From positions 347,726 through 411,725 of the forward strand of contig CAWECO010000002.1 in NCBI GenBank assembly GCA_963807645.1: a stretch of DNA of 64,000 nucleotides, read 5' to 3'. Numbering within the stretch: the stretch's first letter is position 1; each line of letters starts with the position of its first letter. The position numbers and the translations under genes were made by a program. Positions 53,560 to 62,254 of this stretch are shown one piece after another. The notes beneath the pieces were generated by a model. It saw only the letters and a list, made by a program, of their open reading frames with translations. It ran no database searches and was not told where the DNA came from. Origin of the DNA: an uncultured Gemmatimonadales bacterium (lineage in GTDB: Bacteria; Gemmatimonadota; Gemmatimonadetes; Palauibacterales; Palauibacteraceae).

Positions 53560-54418
53560 CGGCGTAGTCGTAGAAGCCGCGGCCGCTCTTTCGGCCCAGC
53601 CGGCCCGCGGCCACATACTTCGCAGCAGCGGGCACGGCCGGTACTTGCTGTCACCGAGGTCCCGGTGCAGCACCTCGCATGATGACGAGGCAGATGTCCA
53701 GGCCGATCAGGTCGGCCAGGGCCAGCGGGCCCATCGGGTGGTTCATGCCGAGCTTCATGACCGTGTCGATCGCCTCCGGCTCCGCGACGCCCTCCATGAG
53801 GCAGTAGACGGCCTCGTTGATCATCGGCATCAGGACGCGGTTGGAGACGAAGCCCGGGAAGTCGTTGACCTCGACCGGCGTCTTGCCCAGCCCGCTGACA
53901 CAGGGCCAGCGTCACTTCGTCGTGTCGTCGTCCGTGTCCAGGCCGCGGATGACCTCGACGAGCTTCATCATCGGCACCGGGTTCATGAAGTGCATGCCGA
54001 TGAAGCGCTGCGGCCGGCTGACCGATCTCGCGATCTCCGTGATCGAGATGGAACTGGTGTTCGACGCGAGAATCGCGTCTTGCCGGGCCAGGTCGTCAAG
54101 CCGGCTGAAGATCTCCAGCTTGAGTTCCAGATTCTCCGGAACGGCTTCGACGACGAGAGGCGCGGCAGCGAGGGCTTCGAAGTCAGTCTCCGTCCGGACA
54201 CGCTCCAACGCCGCCCTCGCTTCAGCGGCATCGATGCGATTCTTCGACAACTGTCGGCTGAGGTTCTTCTCTATCTTCGAACGGGCTAGTTCCAGCGCCT
54301 CCGGCACGGCGTCCACCAGGACGACGTCTATTCCGGCGAGCGCGAAGACGTGCGCGATCCCGTTGCCCATCGTACCCGCGCCGACAACCCCCACCACATC
54401 GACCTGACTGGCGTTCAT
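53552..54418 (-). pseudogene. hbd: 3-hydroxybutyryl-CoA dehydrogenase, multiple lesions
   Basis: Start ATG 54418 (VGVVGAGTMGNGIA). There is an in-frame TGA at 53912..53914, or a compensating -1/+1 pair. A +1 shift lies at about 53677 (CLVIM|[18 protein letters not shown]) and a -1 shift at about 53621 (|KYVAAGRLGRKSGRGFYDYADA-stop). Confidence 0.85.
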
Positions 54419-54458
54419 TCTTCCTCCGATTCGATTCGCCGGCCTGACGAGTCGTCTT

Positions 54459-55412
54459 TCAAGGCTCGCGTGCGTTGGTCTTGGCCCACTGAGCCGGGGG
54501 CTCGACGATGGGCTCAAGGGCGAGGACCTCTGGGTCACGCGACAGCCGGGGGGTGCGAACCGTCCAGATGATCCCCACTACCGTCGCCGCGGTAAGCAAC
54601 AGGCCTGCCTCCGGGCCATAGTCACCGCCCGTCCAGAGGACCGGCCCAACAACCGTTCCCTCGACGAGCATGCCCCCGACGTCGAGGCCACTGACCGGAA
54701 GTCCGATTGCCGTTCCCATCGTCCAATTCCAGGCGAAGTGAGCCCCCGTGACCCACCAGAGACTCAACGTTCTCCAGTAGAGAATGCCGAGCAAGATCCC
54801 GGCCAGCAGAGTGTTCACGATCGCGGTCCATCCTACCCCCGGATTCGCGCCGTGGAGAGCCGCGAAGACGAGCGACGTGACCGCAACCGCAACGGTCGGC
54901 CCCCGGGCCTGAGCCAGCACCTGAAACGCATAGCCACGAACGGCGATTTCTTCGAACCACGCCGCAAGAACCAGCATAGCAGTAACATACAGTGTCGGAG
55001 CCAGGGCGGCGGTATCGCCGGGAGCGGGCAGGGACACGCGGAGCCAACCGGCAACTGCCATGGCCGCGCCGACTCCAGCCACCAGAACGAATCCCAGGAC
55101 GAATCCACGAGCCCCGTCTTGCGCCGCGCGGGCGTTCACGACCAGGCCGAGCGAAGCGGGCGGTCTCGACTCCACCGCGGACATCATGACCCAGGAAGCG
55201 AGAAGCGCACCCACGCAAGCAGCTCCGGCTCCCGCCAGGGTCAGCCTGCCCAGGGAAGAGGGGTCGACCAGGACGACCCCCGTCTGGAGAACCAGCGTCA
55301 GCAGCAGAAGCAGGCAGACGTAGACGGCCAGCCGCCAACCCCAGGGCCACCTTCGGCCGGGCCGGTGGCGATCGACGGTTCGAGGTACCGCGACTCCCCC
55401 TTCCCGGCGCAC
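54459..55412 (-). CDS. CPBP-family intramembrane glutamic endopeptidase (CAAX protease-like)
   Basis: 317-aa polytopic protein with motifs EEIAVRGY and FAALH. Confidence 0.7.
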   Translation of the reverse strand: MRREGGVAVPRTVDRHRPGRRWPWGWRLAVYVCLLLLLTLVLQTGVVLVDPSSLGRLTLAGAGAACVGALLASWVMMSAVESRPPASLGLVVNARAAQDGARGFVLGFVLVAGVGAAMAVAGWLRVSLPAPGDTAALAPTLYVTAMLVLAAWFEEIAVRGYAFQVLAQARGPTVAVAVTSLVFAALHGANPGVGWTAIVNTLLAGILLGILYWRTLSLWWVTGAHFAWNWTMGTAIGLPVSGLDVGGMLVEGTVVGPVLWTGGDYGPEAGLLLTAATVVGIIWTVRTPRLSRDPEVLALEPIVEPPAQWAKTNAREP

Positions 55413-55417
55413 TCCTT

Positions 55418-55987
55418 CTACGGGGTCGGTCTACGCAGGATGCCCGGACCCCATCGGACGACCGCCAGCACCAGCAGCACCTTAAGGGCGTCACCCAGGA
55501 TGAAAGGCCGCAGGAAGGAGCCCACGTTTACGGATTCCCCGCCGATGATCGAGAGCCAGGCCATGCCGCCGACGTGGATCACCACGAGTGCCACTCCGAG
55601 CCACAACGCCGCCCGCGGCCAACTGCCCGAACGCTTGCCAGCCAATCCAGCGACGGCGGCAGCGGCTGGGAAGGCCAGCAGGTAGCCCCCGGTCGGCCCC
55701 AGCAGATACGCCGCGCCTCCACCGGCCACGAAGACCGGCAGTCCCGCGGCCCCGGCCGCCAGATACGCCACCTGGCTGGCAGCTCCAGCCCTCGATCCAA
55801 GGACAGCGCCCGCCAGCAGCACGGCCACCGGCTGCAGGGTCATCGGAATTGCCATTCCCGGCAGAGGGACGCTCAGGCGGGCGCCCAATGCGGTGAGCGC
55901 CGCAAAGCCCAGCACACCGAGGAGGACTGCGGGCGAGCGGGTACCGGCAACGGCCGGATTGACGGAACGAACTGCCTCTCGACTCAT
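55418..55987 (-). CDS. bioY: biotin transporter BioY
   Basis: 189 aa with a BioY-like sequence (PMTLQPVAVLLAGAVLG, GPTGGYLLAFP). The ATG overlaps the thiolase stop (ATGA). Confidence 0.8.
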   Translation of the reverse strand: MSREAVRSVNPAVAGTRSPAVLLGVLGFAALTALGARLSVPLPGMAIPMTLQPVAVLLAGAVLGSRAGAASQVAYLAAGAAGLPVFVAGGGAAYLLGPTGGYLLAFPAAAAVAGLAGKRSGSWPRAALWLGVALVVIHVGGMAWLSIIGGESVNVGSFLRPFILGDALKVLLVLAVVRWGPGILRRPTP

Positions 55988-57195
55988 AGTCTCTCCACGC
56001 TGAGGGCCACCGCGTTTCCGCCTCCCAGGCAGAGTGTCGCCAGGCCCTTGTCCACCTTCCTGTCACGCATCGCGTACAGGAGAGTTGTCAGTATCTTGGC
56101 GCCCGAAGCGCCGATCGGGTGTCCGAGAGCGATCGCGCCACCTCGGACGTTGACTCGATCCATGTCCATCCCGAGTTCACGGGCGTCGGCAATGGCCTGC
56201 ACCGCGAATGCCTCGTTGGCTTCGATGAGTCCGTAGTCATCGATCGACGTGCCTTCGAGAGCCATGAGGCGCTGAACCGCATCTACCGGCGCGAAGAACA
56301 GATCCCTCGGAGCCGTCGCGCCGACCGAATATGCCGCTACGCGGCCGAGGATGTCCAGACCGTTCGCCCTCGCGTAAGCCTCTGAAGTCACGACCGTAGC
56401 GGCCGCACCATCGTTGAGCCCGGGAGCGTTTCCAGCCGTCACCGAATGCTCCTCTACCTCCGGCGGTGCGTCACCCCCAAAGGCCGGTCTCAATCTGGAC
56501 AACGCTTCCACGGTCGTATCCCGACGCGGCGGCTCGTCAGTGTCGACCACGGTCGTTCCTTTCCGACCCGCAATTTCCACCGGGATAATCTCGGCGGCGA
56601 ATTCTCCGGCATCGATCGCCGCCACCGCCTTCATATGGCTCTCGTAGGCGAACTGGTCCTGGTCCTCTCGGCTCACTCCTGCCTTCCACGCGGTGTACTC
56701 CGCATGACCGCCCATGTGGCAGCGCCCGAAAGAGCACCACAGCCCGTCGTGAATCAGCGCGTCGACCATGGGCCGGTCGCCGAACTTCACGCCTCCCCGG
56801 TACCCCTGCAGCAGGTAAGGCGCGTTGGACATCGACTCCATCCCCCCCGCCACGGCTACCTGCAGGTCGCCCGCCCGTATGGCTTGCGCGGCCAGCATCA
56901 CCGCCTTGAGACCCGAACCGCAGACCTTGTTGATCGTAAGCGCCGGGATCCCGTCCGGAAGCCCCGCGCCGATGGCCGCCTGCCGCGCCGGGGCCTGTCC
57001 GACTCCGGCCTGCACGACGTTGCCCATGATCACATCCTGGATATCCCCCGGAGCCACACCCGATCGCTCGACGACGCCGGCGATCGCCCGCGCCCCAAGC
57101 TCGGGTGCCTTGAGGGGTGCGAGCCCACCGAGAAACCTCCCGGTCGGCAGCCTTCCGGCGCCGACGATCACAGCCGTCCGCTCCATGTCACTCAT
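55984..57195 (-). CDS. acetyl-CoA C-acetyltransferase (thiolase II)
   Basis: ATG 57195 or 57186 within ORF 55984..57261. Active-site NKVCGSGLKAV and a C-terminal CLGGGNAVA. Confidence 0.9.
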   Translation of the reverse strand: MSDMERTAVIVGAGRLPTGRFLGGLAPLKAPELGARAIAGVVERSGVAPGDIQDVIMGNVVQAGVGQAPARQAAIGAGLPDGIPALTINKVCGSGLKAVMLAAQAIRAGDLQVAVAGGMESMSNAPYLLQGYRGGVKFGDRPMVDALIHDGLWCSFGRCHMGGHAEYTAWKAGVSREDQDQFAYESHMKAVAAIDAGEFAAEIIPVEIAGRKGTTVVDTDEPPRRDTTVEALSRLRPAFGGDAPPEVEEHSVTAGNAPGLNDGAAATVVTSEAYARANGLDILGRVAAYSVGATAPRDLFFAPVDAVQRLMALEGTSIDDYGLIEANEAFAVQAIADARELGMDMDRVNVRGGAIALGHPIGASGAKILTTLLYAMRDRKVDKGLATLCLGGGNAVALSVERL

Positions 57196-57670
57196 TGAGC
57201 CACTCCTCGCACCCCTGTCGACGCTGCGTGTCGGCCAGCCCCACGATCCTCCAGTCCTCACCGATCCTGGCGATCAGGAACACGTTCACGCCGCAGTGCG
57301 ACAGGTTGCCGTTGTAGTGAAATGCGTAGGGGGTAAACACGGTCGCCAGATTGTCGTCGATCCGAATTTCAGCGGGCCCGATTCTCTCGTCGAAAGCACC
57401 CGGCTCGGCACCACCCACCGTCTCGATGAAACTGGAGATCGCCCCGAATCCGACGCCGGCGACCCCATCCCGGCTGCCGGAACTCGCCATCGCCTCCATG
57501 TCCGGGTGGAAGAGACTCCGCACAGCAGCCGAGTCGGCCGCTCGCATGGCGTCGAACAGGGCATCGACGACCGCCTGCACCTCGTCCTCCGCGCTCTGCG
57601 CCGCGGCCGGCGTCGCGAAGCCACCCAAGCCCACCGCGGCCGCCGCCATCACCATTCCGATTCGCTTCAT
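57188..57670 (-). CDS. exported NTF2/SnoaL-like fold protein
   Basis: ATG 57670 (MKRIGMVMAAAAVGLGG... signal) within ORF 57188..57703. The fold assignment is tentative, based on general resemblance to DUF4440/SnoaL proteins. Confidence 0.5.
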   Translation of the reverse strand: MKRIGMVMAAAAVGLGGFATPAAAQSAEDEVQAVVDALFDAMRAADSAAVRSLFHPDMEAMASSGSRDGVAGVGFGAISSFIETVGGAEPGAFDERIGPAEIRIDDNLATVFTPYAFHYNGNLSHCGVNVFLIARIGEDWRIVGLADTQRRQGCEEWLNE

Positions 57671-57731
57671 GCTGTGCTTCTCCACGCTGGACTCGCCCCG
57701 CACGGGCGTGCCGTGATCTGTCGAACTCGAG

Positions 57732-58655
57732 TCAGAGGGGTATCTCGCCTCGCGTGGCTTCCGGCACCAGGGGATGTGCCGTGAGGCTTGTCACCGTGCA
57801 CCCGGTTCCGCCGCCGGCGGGAGCGCTGGCACGGCCCCAGGCCACGAATGGATCGTGTTCGAAGGCGAGCCACCAGCCCTTCTCCGCCGCGCGCGTGAGT
57901 AACGCCCGCTTGCTCTCAAGAGTCACCATCGGCTCGACATCGTACCCCATGATCCAGGGAAGCGGCAGGTGCGCCACCGTGGGAACGAGGTCGGCCAGGA
58001 AGAGAACCACCTCGCCCCCCAGATCGATACGAACCGACTGATGGTGCGGCGTGTGTCCCGGTGTGGGCTCCAGCTTGACGCCCGGCACGACCTCGGAGCC
58101 CCCCTCAACCAGCTCGAGGCACCCGGCCGCAGCCAGCGGCTCGAAGTTGGCCGGGATGTAGCTGGCCCGAACCCTCTCGTTGTCGAGTCGAGCGAACTCG
58201 TACTCGCCGCGCGAGACCACGTAGCGGGCCCGCGGAAACGCCGGACGTACGGTTCCATCCTCGTCTCGAACGGTGCCGCCTCCGGCGTGATCGAAATGCA
58301 GGTGCGTCGCCACGACCACATCGATATCCGACGGAGCTACTCCCAGGTCCGACAGCGACGATTCCAGCCGGGTCGGGGCGCCTTCGTTGGACACGCCGTA
58401 GATCGAACGGAACTTGTCGCTTTCCTTGTTGCCGAGACCCATGTCGACAAGCACGTTCGCCTGATCGGTCTCCACGAGCAGGCAACGCATGGCGAGCGGG
58501 ATGCGGTTCCGATCGTCGGCGGGAGCCCGGCGAACCCACAGCGGCTTGGGGACCACGCCAAACATCGCCCCCCCATCCAGCCACAGGCTGCCGGCGTCGA
58601 CCGCTCGCACCCTGGCCCGATTCCCCTCGAGCTGCGGCGTCACGGTCTCAGGCAC
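57732..58655 (-). CDS. MBL-fold metallo-hydrolase
   Basis: 307 aa with the HxHxDH motif ATHLHFDHAGG and a downstream PGHTPHH. Confidence 0.75.
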   Translation of the reverse strand: MPETVTPQLEGNRARVRAVDAGSLWLDGGAMFGVVPKPLWVRRAPADDRNRIPLAMRCLLVETDQANVLVDMGLGNKESDKFRSIYGVSNEGAPTRLESSLSDLGVAPSDIDVVVATHLHFDHAGGGTVRDEDGTVRPAFPRARYVVSRGEYEFARLDNERVRASYIPANFEPLAAAGCLELVEGGSEVVPGVKLEPTPGHTPHHQSVRIDLGGEVVLFLADLVPTVAHLPLPWIMGYDVEPMVTLESKRALLTRAAEKGWWLAFEHDPFVAWGRASAPAGGGTGCTVTSLTAHPLVPEATRGEIPL

Positions 58656-59508
58656 TCAATCCCTCCGAGGAACCGGTTTGTGGAGGCAGAGACGTCGCTC
58701 GGCCTGCCACCCAGTCCTCCAGCTGGTCCCAGTAGGCGATGCCCTGCCGATCTGCCGCCTCGAGCATTCGGAGAAGGATGACGGCCGTGGCACGAGCATC
58801 GTCCCCGGCTCGATGTCGGTTCAGGATCGCGACGTCGTAGTATCGTGCCAACGAATCCAGCCCCCTTCGGCGAAGTCCCGGGAGTACTCGGCGCGCCATT
58901 TTGACGGTGCACAGCTTGGGACCCTCGGGCATCAGCGAATCCGCCATGCGCAGTTCCTCGGCCACGAATCTCCAGTCGAACCCCACGTTGTGAGCCACGA
59001 AGACTCGACCTTGCAGAGATCCACGAACCCGGGCAGCGATGTCCCGGAACCGCGGAGCACCCTCGACCATCTCCTGCTCGATGCCCGTAAGGCGAGTGAT
59101 CCATCGGGGAATCCACGCGTCCGGATTCACCAGGGTCGTGTATTCGCCGCGGATGCTGCCTTGTTCCACGAACACCGCCGAGTATTCCACGATCCGCGCG
59201 CCCTTGGTCACGGAGCTGCCGGTGGTCTCGACATCTACAACGGCGAACTTCTTATCAGATAGACGTATACGGCCCGAATCTGAAGTACTTTCGACAAGCC
59301 TCCAGACTCCGTTCGCATCCACGGAGAAGCGGCTGTCCTCGCCCAGCAGGTCGAATACGAGCCGGGACGCCAAACCGGGCGGAGCCTGCATCAGGCCGAA
59401 CACTTCCCGGGCCAGATCCGGCGTGTCCACGGGCGCCCTTCCGACCGTCTCCAGCGCCCTCTGCAGCAGGGGGGTGTGAGCGCCGAAGCGCAGTCCGTCC
59501 GGGGTCAC
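58648..59508 (-). CDS. DnaQ/epsilon-like 3'-5' exonuclease with extra N-terminal domain
   Basis: 286 aa with Exo motifs VVDVETTG, HNVGFDWRF and HRAGDDA. Overlaps the downstream MBL gene by 8 nt. Confidence 0.75.
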   Translation of the reverse strand: MTPDGLRFGAHTPLLQRALETVGRAPVDTPDLAREVFGLMQAPPGLASRLVFDLLGEDSRFSVDANGVWRLVESTSDSGRIRLSDKKFAVVDVETTGSSVTKGARIVEYSAVFVEQGSIRGEYTTLVNPDAWIPRWITRLTGIEQEMVEGAPRFRDIAARVRGSLQGRVFVAHNVGFDWRFVAEELRMADSLMPEGPKLCTVKMARRVLPGLRRRGLDSLARYYDVAILNRHRAGDDARATAVILLRMLEAADRQGIAYWDQLEDWVAGRATSLPPQTGSSEGLSA

Positions 59509-60719
59509 AGATCATCCCGCAGGATGGGCATCGTCATGCATCGCGGCCCGCCGCCGCCCCGCACCAGCTCCGATCCTTCGAAACCGATCACGAATCGATC
59601 ATCCGCTCCCAACTCGACGTCGCCTGTCAGGAAGTCCACCCCGTGGACGATCCTCAAGCCTCCCTCTCCTTCAAGGACCTGCAGTGTGTGCTCATTGCGG
59701 TCATACGCCAGCACCTGGCCAGGACCCACGGCGAAGAAGTTGCACCCGCTGGCCCATTGCTCTCGCTCCTGCGTCGTTCGCCGCTCGCCCCCGCACGGGA
59801 GGGGGGTGAGCGGAAGCCCAAGATCCTTGAGGGCACGAAACAGACTGGACGCCTCCTGAACGCCAGCCGATCCCTTACGAATACGCAGCACCGGGAGCCG
59901 GGTCGGGCCCATGAAGTGGGGAGGAAAGACACAGCACAGATCCCGGTCCAGCATGGTGAATATCATGTCGAGGTGGATCGCAGCCCGGTGCGCGGGCAGC
60001 AATACCACGACGAGGTCCGTGATCTCCGTCGTTCGAAAGACCTCCTCGGCGAGTGCGTCGATGCCCGCAGCGGTGGTCCGCTCCGACATCCCGACTGCCA
60101 GCAGGTCGCGCCGCAGAACGTGGACGTCCCCCCCCTCCACGCGCACGTTGAGCCGCCGCTCATGGGCCCCGTCGAACAGGATGCCGGCGTTCCGGAGGTC
60201 CGGATGCGCCCGGAACAGGGTCCACGCAAGGATCTCCTCGCTCCACCGTACCTCGTGCTTCATGGAGGCCACCATCACCCGGTCACCGATGACGGCGGCC
60301 GAGTCGCGGGTGAAGAACAGGTTGGGTAGCGGTGGCAGCGTATACCCGGCCTCGTTTACGAGGGCAGCGAGAGCGCCCCCGGAACTCACCTCGCCCTCGA
60401 TGAACAGCCGCGCGATTTCGTCCGGTGCGGCGCCGGCCGCTCGAGAACCGATGGCTCCGTCGGTGTTGGCGAACAGGTACTCGCGCGCCTCCGGCTCTCG
60501 GAGAACGTCAGCGAGCAGGTCGGCTAGTTCGTAGACCTTCGCAAACCGGGCCAGGATGGCCGTGAATCGGGCGTGCTCCCGGCGTGCGAACTGGAGATCC
60601 AGAATGTCGTCGAACAGGTAGTCCGCCCGATTGGAGGGGGTGACGACGGCAAGTTCGGGCCCCGGAGTATGACAGATGACCGAGCGCAGCCGACCGATCT
60701 CACTGTGGACGGCTATCAT
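59505..60719 (-). CDS. arcA: arginine deiminase family protein
   Basis: ATG 60719 overlaps the rex stop (ATGA). N-terminus HSEIGRLRSVICHTPGPEL and the C-terminal catalytic Cys region GGGGPRCMTMP. Confidence 0.8.
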   Translation of the reverse strand: MIAVHSEIGRLRSVICHTPGPELAVVTPSNRADYLFDDILDLQFARREHARFTAILARFAKVYELADLLADVLREPEAREYLFANTDGAIGSRAAGAAPDEIARLFIEGEVSSGGALAALVNEAGYTLPPLPNLFFTRDSAAVIGDRVMVASMKHEVRWSEEILAWTLFRAHPDLRNAGILFDGAHERRLNVRVEGGDVHVLRRDLLAVGMSERTTAAGIDALAEEVFRTTEITDLVVVLLPAHRAAIHLDMIFTMLDRDLCCVFPPHFMGPTRLPVLRIRKGSAGVQEASSLFRALKDLGLPLTPLPCGGERRTTQEREQWASGCNFFAVGPGQVLAYDRNEHTLQVLEGEGGLRIVHGVDFLTGDVELGADDRFVIGFEGSELVRGGGGPRCMTMPILRDDL

Positions 60720-61363
60720 TCGATCTCTTCGATCGCGGACCCTGCCGCCGTGACCATGTAGCACAGGCCTTCAAGCTCCAGTGTCACGTCCATCTCCCGA
60801 ACCGCGACCTCGGGAGGAAGGTGAAGCTTGATCGGGGCGAAGTTGAGGATCGCGCGCGCACCGGCTCGGACCGCTCGAGTCGCGACTTTCTGTGCAGCCT
60901 CGGTGGGCGTCGCGATGATCGCGATCGAGATCTCGAGATCGTGGAACGTCTGCTCCAGGTCGCTCAAAGGCTGAACCCGGACCCCGGACAACTCCTGACC
61001 GATCTTGGTCCGGTCCGAATCGAAGGCCGCCACGACATCGAACCCACGCTGCGCAAAGAAGCCGTATCCGAGCAGTGCCGACCCGATCTTCCCGACGCCC
61101 AGCACGGCGACTCGCCAGCGACGGGTCAGCCCGAGGATCTCTTCCAGGCGAACCCGGAGATCGGGAACCGCGTAGCCCTGGCCACGCTTTCCAAACGACC
61201 CGAAGTGGCTGAGATCCTTTCGGACCTGGGCGGCCGTGGTCCCCGTCGACTCGGCCAGTTGCCGGCTCGAAACGACCTTCAATTCCTGCCGGTCCAGGTT
61301 TCGGAGCCGTCGCAGGTAGCGCGACAGTCGCCGCACGGTCGAGTCAGAGATCTTGCGTGCCAT
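60716..61363 (-). CDS. rex: redox-sensing transcriptional repressor Rex
   Basis: ATG 61363 within ORF 60716..61387. Winged-helix N-terminus (RRLSRYLR..., AAQVRKDLSHFGSFGKRGQGY) plus the Rossmann motif GVGKIGSAL. Confidence 0.85.
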   Translation of the reverse strand: MARKISDSTVRRLSRYLRRLRNLDRQELKVVSSRQLAESTGTTAAQVRKDLSHFGSFGKRGQGYAVPDLRVRLEEILGLTRRWRVAVLGVGKIGSALLGYGFFAQRGFDVVAAFDSDRTKIGQELSGVRVQPLSDLEQTFHDLEISIAIIATPTEAAQKVATRAVRAGARAILNFAPIKLHLPPEVAVREMDVTLELEGLCYMVTAAGSAIEEIE

Positions 61364-61371
61364 GGTCTCGC

Positions 61372-61389
61372 TTGTGAAAGGTAGCACAA
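61372..61389 (-). promoter_or_regulatory. Rex operator-like inverted repeat upstream of rex
   Basis: Minus strand TTGTGCTACCTTTCACAA against the known consensus TTGTGAAnnnnTTCACAA. The right half-site is perfect and the left matches 5 of 7. Lies 9 to 26 nt upstream of the rex ATG. Confidence 0.55.
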
Positions 61390-61420
61390 GAAGATACGAC
61401 GCCGAGCGCCCGTTCTCAAC

Positions 61421-62251
61421 TCACCGGTTAAGCGGTCTTGCCCGGTCGTTGCGAACCTCCCGGAGGTGCACCGACAGCTCGATGAACTGGGCCGGCGTGA
61501 GCGTTTCCGGGCGGGCCCGGGGGGACACCCCGCAATCGGACAGAATCCGGTCCACGTCGTCCGGGGAAAGCTGATACTCGGGGGCCGACCTCAGTATTCG
61601 GCCCAGCTGCTTTCGGCGGCGGGAAAACGCGACGCGGGTCAGAGACCTGAGATCGTTCAGGGTCTCGACACTCGTGCCGGCGACGTGGGGATCAACCACG
61701 ATCACCGCGGAATCGACGGCCGGTACCGGACGAAATGCCTGCCGCCCGACCCGAAAGGCCACTCGCACCGCAGCCCTGGCTTGAACGCCGACCGAGAGTG
61801 CCCCGTAGACCTTGTTGCCTTCGCTCGCCGCGATGCGCTCCGCCACTTCCTTCTGAACGAGCAGAACCATCCGTGTCGGCAGCGGCCTCATGTCGAGGAA
61901 GCGGAATATGAGCGGAGTCGTGATCCCATAGGGAAGATTGGAGATCAGCTTGCCCGGGCGGTCGGCGGGCAGGAGCCCTGCCAGATCGACCTCGAGCGCG
62001 TCCGCGTGCACGACGCGCACGTCATCCCGACCGCGAAACCGGTCGTTCAGGTCCGAGGCCAGCCGGTCGTCCTTCTCCACGAGCACCAGGTGGGCCACTT
62101 CGCCCGCAAGCAGGTCCGAGAGTTCTCCATGCCCGGGACCCACTTCGAGGACGCCGTCCCCGGGGTCCGCGGCCAGCTCCGCGACGATCTTACGCCTGAT
62201 ATTGTGGTCGACGAGGAAATTCTGGCTGAGGGATCGCTTGGCCCGCACCAT
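61421..62251 (-). CDS. rsmA: 16S rRNA (adenine1518/1519-N6)-dimethyltransferase
   Basis: 276 aa. N-terminus KRSLSQNFLVD and the SAM motif VLEVGPGHG. Confidence 0.9.
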   Translation of the reverse strand: MVRAKRSLSQNFLVDHNIRRKIVAELAADPGDGVLEVGPGHGELSDLLAGEVAHLVLVEKDDRLASDLNDRFRGRDDVRVVHADALEVDLAGLLPADRPGKLISNLPYGITTPLIFRFLDMRPLPTRMVLLVQKEVAERIAASEGNKVYGALSVGVQARAAVRVAFRVGRQAFRPVPAVDSAVIVVDPHVAGTSVETLNDLRSLTRVAFSRRRKQLGRILRSAPEYQLSPDDVDRILSDCGVSPRARPETLTPAQFIELSVHLREVRNDRARPLNR

Positions 62252-62254
62252 CGA

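Noticed and set aside
53912-53914. Genome-wide reassignment of TGA (alternative genetic code)
   Set aside because: TGA functions as the stop of many intact genes in this window (for example mrdA, nusA, serS, cdsA, rex and the thiolase). This is the only in-frame TGA I noticed in a conserved gene.
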